Source of the DNA: Octopus vulgaris
Taxonomy: Eukaryota
Direction: 5' to 3'
NCBI GenBank assembly: GCA_951406725.2
Contig: OX597834.1
Span: forward strand, 15,500,001-15,564,000
DNA: 64,000 nt
Below are positions 55,801-64,000 of this stretch, one piece after another (the first letter of the stretch is position 1; each line of letters opens with the position of its first letter). The notes under the pieces are model-generated. The model was not told where the DNA came from. It saw nothing but the letters and a program-made list of their open reading frames with translations, and ran no database searches. The position numbers were made by a program, and so were the translations under genes.

Positions 55801-56499
55801 TGTAATGAAATTCATATATAATATAGGATACACCAACACGTACATCTGATAAAGCAAACCCCCACACGCATACGATAACACTAACAGCAACATATAACCC
55901 AAACACACACATACATAAACACTCAGACATACACTCAACACCAACACACACGCATCCAACAACACCAACACACAAAACACATACATACACACAATACAAA
56001 CGTACAAAACGCGCACATACATATTATAGCACAAATACGCGTACAAACTCCCACAGACACTATACAAATCTCTGTTTTAACTCACTTCCGCCAGCCATTT
56101 TTATTGTTCTTTTCCTTCCATATTGTTTTTTGTTTTTTTTTGCCTTTTTCTTCCACATTCCATACACACACGTCCACATACACATACACACACTCGCGTA
56201 CACAGAGGCAGAGTAATATTTTCTCTCTTCCCACCACGACCACCACCACACAATTTTGCTTCAAGCATAATTTTCATTTCCGTTTCATTATAATTTCTCT
56301 GTATTCACTTTAGTAGAACAGGAATCATACTGTTGGTGTGGCACTTGTTGTTGTTGTTGTTATTGTTATTGCAACTGTTGTCGTTGATATTGTTGTTGTT
56401 ATTGTTGTGGTTCCTCTTCGTTTTCTTTCCTTTTGCTGGGTATTTTTTTATTAATTATTTTTCGTTTTAAACATTTTTTCCATTTATTTTTTTTCTTTC

Positions 56500-56738
56500 T
56501 CTACTACAACTGCTACTACTGCTACAGCAACAACAACAACAACAACTACTACTTTTACTACTACTACTACTTTTACTACTACTACTACTTTTACTACTAC
56601 TACTACTTTTACTACTACTGCTACTGCAACAACAACAACAACAACTACTACTTTTACTACTACTACTACTTTTACTACTACTACTACTTTTACTACTACT
56701 ACTACTTTTACTACTACTACTACTACTACTACTACTTT

Positions 56739-56770
<32 letters not shown>

Positions 56771-56876
56771 TTACTACTACTACTACTTTTACTACTACTA
56801 CTACTTTTACTGCTACTACTACTACTACTACTTTTACTACTACTACTACTACTACTACTACTTTTACTACTACTTT

Positions 56877-56911
<35 letters not shown>

Positions 56912-57790
56912 ATAATAATAATAATAATAATAATAACAATAATAATAATACTCCCAGCATTTATACTGCTGCTTTTTTCATCGACTTTTCGTTTTATTCT
57001 CTTTCTCCTTTTTCATTATTATTTTTACTAATAATACTACAACAAAAAGAACAACAACAAAAAAAGAAGATGCTACAATTGCTGCTGCTGATGGTGCTGC
57101 TGCTGATGGTGCTGCCGCCGCTGCTGCTACTGCTACCAATGCTTCAATTTCTGCTTCTCCGATTTTCTCTTTCTTCATCTCGTTTTATTTTCATCTTTCG
57201 TTTTCCTTTTCGTTTATCTTCATTATAATGACGACGACAACTAAAACTACTACTACTATCACTTCTACTACCACCACCACCATCATTACCACTACTACTA
57301 ATACTACTACGATAATTACTGCCATTACTACCAATAATAATACTAATACTGTACTGTCTCTTTCTGACTTTGTGCTTACTTCATCTTCATCTTCATTTTC
57401 TTCTTCTTCTTCTTCTTCTTCTTCTTCTTCTTCTTCTTCTTCTTCTTCTTCTTCTTCTTCTTCTTCTTCTCGCTTCTTCTTCTTATTCTCGCTTCTTCTC
57501 TCTTCTTCTTCTTCTTCTTCTTCTTCTTCTTCTTCTTCTTGCTTCTTCTTCTTATTCTCGCTTCTTCTCTCTTCTTCTTCTTCTTCTTCTTCTTCTTCTT
57601 CTTCTTCTTCTTCTTCTTCTTCTTCTCGCTTCTTCTCTCTTCTTCGTTCACACCATACTTTACCTTTTCTTTTCATCCTCACCAAAATAATTGTGCTGAT
57701 GTTTAGCTTCTCATTTCTTTGGAGTAAATGCAATTATTGCTGCTGTTGTTGTTGTTGTTGTTGTTGTTGTTATTGTTCATGTTGGTGTTG
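56500..57790. repeat. Trinucleotide microsatellite cluster: (TAC)n, (AAT)n, (GCT)n, (CTT)n, (TTG)n
   Basis: Direct inspection; some higher-order block duplications. Confidence 0.9.
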
Positions 57791-57929
57791 TCATTCTAGC
57801 TGTTGCTACTGTTCTTGTTACATTTACAGCTGTTTACTTTCTTTGTGTTGATTTTGTTGTTGATGTTGCCATATATACACTCATATATACTTACTTGGAA
57901 ATGGATGCGCCGCCTTCAATTAAATAATA

Positions 57930-57973
<44 letters not shown>

Positions 57974-57974
57974 C

Positions 57975-58282
<308 letters not shown>

Positions 58283-58326
58283 ACAAAGTCTACACAGGTA
58301 TCTTCAGCTAGCAGGCCATGCTACTA

Positions 58327-58365
58327 CAGACTGATGACGAGCAAAGACTCAGAAACATATCTCTG
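58327..58365 (+). ncRNA. Near-canonical minimal type I hammerhead motif
   Basis: caga CUGAUGA c gag-caaaga-ctc a GAAAC at AUC tctg; stem I caga/tctg; mismatches at the base of stems II and III. Confidence 0.55.
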
Positions 58366-58645
58366 GATGCAGGCTTAGCTGGATGGGGTGATTGTCTCCC
58401 CTTTGTAAACATATGGACACAGGAAATGTGTCAAGGCTGACAGGAATCGTTGATGCTTCCTAGGGCTAAATAGTGGTGGTGTGGTTTTTTCTTTATGGGA
58501 CTGTCACGTTAAGTTGACAGTATACAACTGCTCTATCTTCCCACCACTGCTCATATCTCTATGAGATATTTAGACCTTTAATATTCCTATTTTTTGGTGA
58601 TCAGTGGATTTATATATATGTTGACAGTATGCAACTGCCATATAT

Positions 58646-58694
<49 letters not shown>

Positions 58695-58935
58695 CATATA
58701 TGGGTACAGGACGTAACCAACGGTGCGAATAACATGAAATATATAAACAACGTTCACTACTTTCCCCTCGTTCTCGTTTAAAGACCCCCATATTTGTTTT
58801 CTCTGTGTTAACTTGTCCTGTTTTCCACTTTTTCTCGTTTATTTATTTCATGTTATATGCACCGTTGCATGTATGCATATACATATTATTTATTATCTTC
58901 TAAATATATATATGTATATATGTTTGTATGTATGC

Positions 58936-58994
<59 letters not shown>

Positions 58995-59204
58995 AGAGAT
59001 GCAGCACGGACTTTGTCAGTGAACAGGTCGCGGATTTTAGCGACGACAAATTAAACTTAAATGTTGGAGTGAATCGAACGGCTTTTGTGTGTTTCTTAAA
59101 TGGCTTATAAACACCTCCCACGCTGCAATTGTTTTCGTTTCAGCACACGATCTCAGATCAAATTACTTGCTATGCGAGTACATCTCCGTAATATATATAT
59201 ATAG

Positions 59205-59395
59205 CTTTATGAAAATAAACAAAAGACGAAGGCAGGTGGAATACAAACAAACAATTGTATTAGTATGGCGCTCAGGAATATAAATAAAACAAGTCTTTTA
59301 CGTTTCGAGCCTACGCTCTTCAACAGTAAGATACACAGAAAAGAAACACAGAGAGAAACAAGGAGAGAAAGAAAATGCGTGCAGAGGCTAGCGAA
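59205..59395 (-). mobile_element. pLTR-like repeat with a hammerhead-like motif (59294-59331)
   Basis: Minus strand tctta CUGUUGA a gagc-gtag-gctc GAAAC GUA aaaga. Confidence 0.6.
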
Positions 59396-59404
59396 TAATA
59401 AATA

Positions 59405-59656
59405 ATAAATGCGCCCTTTTAAAGCCTACCCAGGTTCATGGGCCCGGTTTCCCGGTTTCGATGACGTATGTGTTCCCCAGCTGGATGGGACGCCAGTCCA
59501 TCGCAGCGTTACTCATTTTTGCCAGCTGAGTGGACTGGAGTAACGTGAAATGAAGTGTTTTGCTCAAGAACACAACGCGTCGCCCGGTCCAAGAATCGAA
59601 ACCATAATCATACGATCATAATGCTGACACCATAACCACTAAGCCACTCGCCTTCA
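59405..59656 (-). mobile_element. Full-length SINE family B with an alternative tail
   Basis: Head and CORE-like domain as at 10807, then a different tail (...gaaaccgggaaaccgggccc...). Confidence 0.8.
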
Positions 59657-59665
59657 CACACACAC

Positions 59666-59697
<32 letters not shown>

Positions 59698-59747
59698 ATT
59701 TATATAGAGAGGGAGAAAGTTGGAGAGAGAGAGAGACAGTGTGAAAT

Positions 59748-59860
59748 GTGAAGGCGTGTGGCTTAGGTTTTAGGGTGTTGCACTCACGATTGCGAGATCG
59801 TGGTTTCGATTCCCAGATCGGGCGTTACGCTGTGCTCCTGGGCAAAATACTTCATTTGAT
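59748..59860 (+). mobile_element. SINE family B head
   Basis: aggcgtgtggcttaggttttagggtg...ggtttcgattccc. Confidence 0.65.
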
Positions 59861-59967
59861 GGAAGGAGCGACTTTAAGGGCAACGCCAACATTTGATCAC
59901 TATAAACAAATCATTTGTATGGCTGTTCAACAAGAAATTGCTGAGCCCTCATACACCATCTAACGAC

Positions 59968-60085
<118 letters not shown>

Positions 60086-60329
60086 TGTGTGTGTAGATGA
60101 GAGAGAGAAACTCCGTTCCGCTTATTTTTATTGGAATATAATCGGAGATTAAAAAACGAGGTACTGTTTCACAAGTTCTTAAAAGATCTTAATATTGTTA
60201 GTAGGGGGCCTCTGGAATGAGTGTGATTTGCCAAAGCTCAGCGAGAGGTTTGGATTAAAAATCATACAGAATATAATTATGGCGACGGTGATGGTGATGA
60301 TTAAAATGAGTGTTATATTAGTGGTCTTG

Positions 60330-60540
60330 GTAGGGCGGCAGGCAAAATGCTTACCGGCATTTCGTCTAGCACTTTACGTAGTGAGTTCAAATTCCGCCGA
60401 GGTCGACTTTGCCTTTCATCCTTTCGGGGTCGATGAAATAATTACCAGTTACGTGCTGGGGAAAAGGAGGAGGGACCAATGTAATCTATTTAATTCCTCC
60501 CCCAACAATTCGTGTCTTGTACCTACTGTAGAATGGGTGT
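60330..60540 (+). mobile_element. SINE family D fragment
   Basis: gagttcaaattccgccgaggtcgactttgcctttcatcctttcggggtcgat. Confidence 0.7.
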
Positions 60541-60789
60541 TAGTGGTCGTGGTCGCGATACTTCAAGGCATGGGTATTGGGGGCAAAAGTAATAGTAGTG
60601 GCGGGATGGCCACGATTGGGTTTTCACTAAGGTATTGGTGATAGGATTTCTTCTCTAATCTTTGTTGTTGTTGTTGCTTTTGCTTTAGTTTGTTGTTCAT
60701 CACCAGATCAGCTACGATGGAGCATGCTTATGAAAACAAGTTTAGCCTCGAAACGCACACCAACTTGCACTCTTGCTAAGTATATAAAA

Positions 60790-61696
60790 TGATAATGATG
60801 AAATTATTGTATACAGTGCTCAGGTGCACCACAACTTGTCAAAAAGTGCGTTTAAAGTATAAGCAGTAATGTACAAATGCCTGGAAAGCGAACAGTGTAT
60901 GAGTCAGATACTTGCTTGCGTGTGTATAGAGGGGAGAAAATCAGGTGTAGTGTTGGCGAATCTCAGGAAGCATGGAAGTTTTGAAGGATGCAGTACTCCG
61001 ACAACTAACAACTGATGCCGGCAGTTTGTTCCATGCTTCAGCAACTCTTAGCGTGAAAAAATGTTTCCGAAAGTCATGGGAGCTGTGCTGTTTTCTGACT
61101 TTGTAAACATGTCCACGGGTGTTAGACAGGGGGAGTTTGAAAAGGTGCTCAGAGTTATTGTATGTAAGGTGGTTAATAATTTTATGGGTGTCTGCCAAGT
61201 CAGCTACCAGTCGTCATCATCATCATCATCATTGTTCGACCGTGGTCGAGACAATGGAATTTACCATGCTACGCCAGACTTCACGGTCCATCATAGCATT
61301 ATGGAGATCCTGGTGCTGGATGCCTGTATCCCTGGAGATTACATCAGGGTATGAGAGTGTGCGCCCTCCGGTATTGCGAGTAGATGGCTTCCAGAGGAGA
61401 AGAGTAGAAATTGTCTCATTTTCAGCTCTACAACAATGTCCAGCAAACTGGACTCTCCTACCTTTCACAAGAGATGACACAGGTGGTAGTTTCCCATATA
61501 TTTGCATTTTGTTTCGATGACGCTTCCACGAGAGATTTTGAGCTCTCATAAGGAGGCGAGTGTAGGTTCCATCCAACCGCCTCTCAAGCTTCTTTGATAA
61601 CGTCCAGGTTTCTGAGCCATAAAGTAGAATTATAGTAGAATCCAGACATCGGAGTTTCAATATATCCATGCCCAGGGACGTAAGGCGTTCCCCCAC
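60790..61696 (-). mobile_element. CR1/L2-like LINE 3' end interrupted by an RTE insertion
   Basis: ERLTSLGMDILKLRCL before the insert; ADTHKII...NTRGHVYKVRKQHSSHDFRKHFFTLRVAEAWNKLPASVV after it. Confidence 0.85.
61216..61641 (-). mobile_element. 5'-truncated RTE-type LINE with a (TGA)n tail
   Basis: ILLYGSETWTLSKKLERRLDGTYTRLL...RRVQFAGHCCR...LLLWKP...MMDREVWR; imperfect 9-bp TSD ccagtcgtc/ccagacatc. Confidence 0.85.
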
Positions 61697-62194
61697 ATCA
61701 CACTCTGCCTCTCACATCACCCATCTCTTTTTGGGGTCTCATGCCTCAAAATCCGCATCTCGGTCTTCAAGTCGTTTAATACTGTGAGATCGTAGGCGGT
61801 ATAGAGTCGTCTGGCGCGTACGGTGAGGATTTCGCTGTTATTTCTAGCAGGTCTAGCGACCATGTAGATGTTCCTTCCTTTTCGGTTTCCTGTAGCGGTG
61901 AAGCTGTTCGTTGTTGGCAGAATATATCCGACAGGAAATGGAAAACCAGTGATTGGTAATTAGGAGAGCGGACACAGGAAGTGAAACTGACATGCTGCTC
62001 GCTTCATCTCTAGCACCGGTTATTAAACTGTGATGAAGAAGACGAAAAGCAACAACACGAGCCAAACAACAACAAAAAAAAACTTAAGAAAATAAAAGCA
62101 TATTTAGCACCTGCTACACATACGCATTGGCAAAAATACACATAAACACATGGATACGCAAACACGCACACACATATACACACACACATATATA

Positions 62195-62826
62195 CTCTTT
62201 TACTCTTTTACTTGTTTCAGTCATCCGACTGCGGCCATGCTGGAGCACCGCCTTTAGTCGAGCAAATCAACCCCGGGACTTATTCTTTGTAAGCCCAGTA
62301 CTTATTCTATCGGTCTCTTTTGCCGAACCGCTAAGTGACGGGGACGTAAACACGCCAGCATCGGTTGTCAAGCAATGCTAGGGGGACAGACACACAAACA
62401 CACACACATACAAATACATATATATATATATACATATATACGACAGGCTTCTTTCAGTTTCCGTCTACCAAATCCACTCACAAGGCATTGGTCGGCCCGG
62501 GGCTATAGCAGAAAACACTTGCCCAAGATGCCACGCAGTGGACTGAACCCGGAACCATGTGGTTGGTTAGCAAGCTACTTACCACACAGCCACTCCTGCG
62601 CCTATATATATATTATTTTATTCTTTTACCTGTTTCAGTCATTTTATTGTAGCCATGCTGGAGCACCGCTTCAAAGGGTTTTTGTCGAAGAAATAGATCG
62701 CAGGACTGATAATTTTGTAAGCCTAGTACTTATTTTATCGATCACTTTTGCTGCAGCGCTAGGTTACGGGGACATAAACACACCAGCATTGGTTGTCAGA
62801 ATCACAGACACAAAGACACACACAAA

Positions 62827-62830
<4 letters not shown>
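62195..62830 (-). mobile_element. Full SINE family A (62195-62604) followed by a second A tail
   Basis: Near identical to 322-778. Confidence 0.88.
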
Positions 62831-62896
<66 letters not shown>

Positions 62897-62898
<2 letters not shown>

Positions 62899-63700
62899 AA
62901 GTTTCAACTCTAAAGTTGCGGTCATGCTGGGACACCACCTTTGGCTGTGCTACACCATTATTTGAAACCTCCTCTGATTAGCGGCATTTTATGAATGGAG
63001 GAGTTTGATGCTGCTTCCCTCATCTGTGTTTCCTGCGTGAGGTAGGCTCATCTGGAAGGAAGAGATCCAATTTTCTTTTTAAAGACCCCTACGTCCACAC
63101 CTTGCAGGTCTCCCAGGCATTTTGGAAGGATATTGAAGAGCTGTGGACCCTTGATACCCAATCTATCGCAGTATCTGGTCCTTTATTTTGATGGAGATCC
63201 TGGGATTTTCGGCACTATGCTTTGGTCCCCCGTTCTGCTGTTTCTGTAACTTTCAATACCAAAGTTTAGTACGAGACCTTTCAGGATTTTCCAATTGTAT
63301 TCTGCTCCATATCTTTCCCGCTTTCATTCTAGGGAGAAGAGTTGTAACTCTTTCAGTCTTTCCCAATAGCTTCCTTTGATTGCTTCGAGTTCCGTTGTTA
63401 ATTTTATATTGTGTGGTGAGGATAGTTGGGAGCAGTAGTCCAAGCGGCTGAGGACATATGCCCTCCAAAGGACCACCATTGACTCCTTTTTTCTCGTTCT
63501 GAAAGTTCGGAGAATCCAAATTGGTAACATGCACCTGGAAAGAAGTATCATTGTTCATGTGAATGCCCAGGTCACACACTAGCTTTGATTTAGAGATTGC
63601 AATCCCTCCAGGGCCAGTGTATCCTGTCTGCCTGACGTTCAGTTTTGTGTGCGCAGGTAGCTCAGGACTTGGCACCTTCCTGCATTAAACTGCCTGTTGT
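62897..63700 (-). mobile_element. Decayed CR1-like LINE 3' portion
   Basis: VCDLGIHM..., WILRTFRTR...LSRLDYCSQLSSPH...YWERLKELQLFSLE; ends ggtggtgtcccagcatgaccgcaactttagagttgaaac. Confidence 0.85.
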
Positions 63701-63897
63701 TGTCCTCAACCCGCCTGCATATTGTGTCCATCTCCCGTTGCAGATGCGCAATATTTCCAAGATTTTATATTGTCTGAGAGACTGTTGTGTCATCAGCATG
63801 GCTAGCAGGAACAACTATCTGAGGGCATGCTTGAAGGGGCCACTATAAGACGGTCATTTATATATATATATATAAACACCTTACGTAACAATGTATA

Positions 63898-63950
<53 letters not shown>

Positions 63951-63952
<2 letters not shown>

Positions 63953-64000
63953 AAAAAAGTCAAGATAGAAAATGCTAAAATAATTTTATAAAAAACATTT
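63951..64000 (-). mobile_element. Third copy of the Penelope pLTR end, cut by the window edge
   Basis: ggaaaaaagtcaagatagaaaatgctaaaataattttataaaaaacattt matches 51895-51944. Confidence 0.75.

Noticed and set aside
56433-57851. Poly-Y/V/E/S/K ORFs as a low-complexity protein
   Set aside because: Trinucleotide repeats are open in several frames on both strands, with no unique coding context.
61700-62070. GC-richer segment, possibly a LINE 5' end or promoter
   Set aside because: No ORF or second copy in the window supports a call.

Overview
This is AT-rich eukaryotic genomic DNA with no recognisable host gene. The SINE families and the very high density of (TA)n, (ATGT)n and (ATAG)n microsatellites suggest an octopus/cephalopod genome (inference). 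The window contains at least four modular tRNA-derived SINE families, CR1-like, RTE and Penelope-like (GIY-YIG) retroelement fragments, three Tc1/mariner remnants, and two minisatellites that arose inside mobile elements. Almost all predicted ORFs are artefacts of simple repeats. Three results stand out. (1) A 2.24-kb Tx1/L1-type element (7815-10056) carries one intact ORF1-like gene and no ORF2, and sits in a SINE tRNA head between ~17-bp target-site duplications. (2) About six sequence-distinct families of type I hammerhead-ribozyme motifs occur, several as back-to-back inverted pairs in (TA)n tracts; the best is a complete double hammerhead at 12346-12473, and one family is physically linked to a Penelope GIY-YIG ORF. 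(3) The commonest SINE and the CR1-like LINEs share a 3' stem-loop whose stem sequence varies while pairing is kept.
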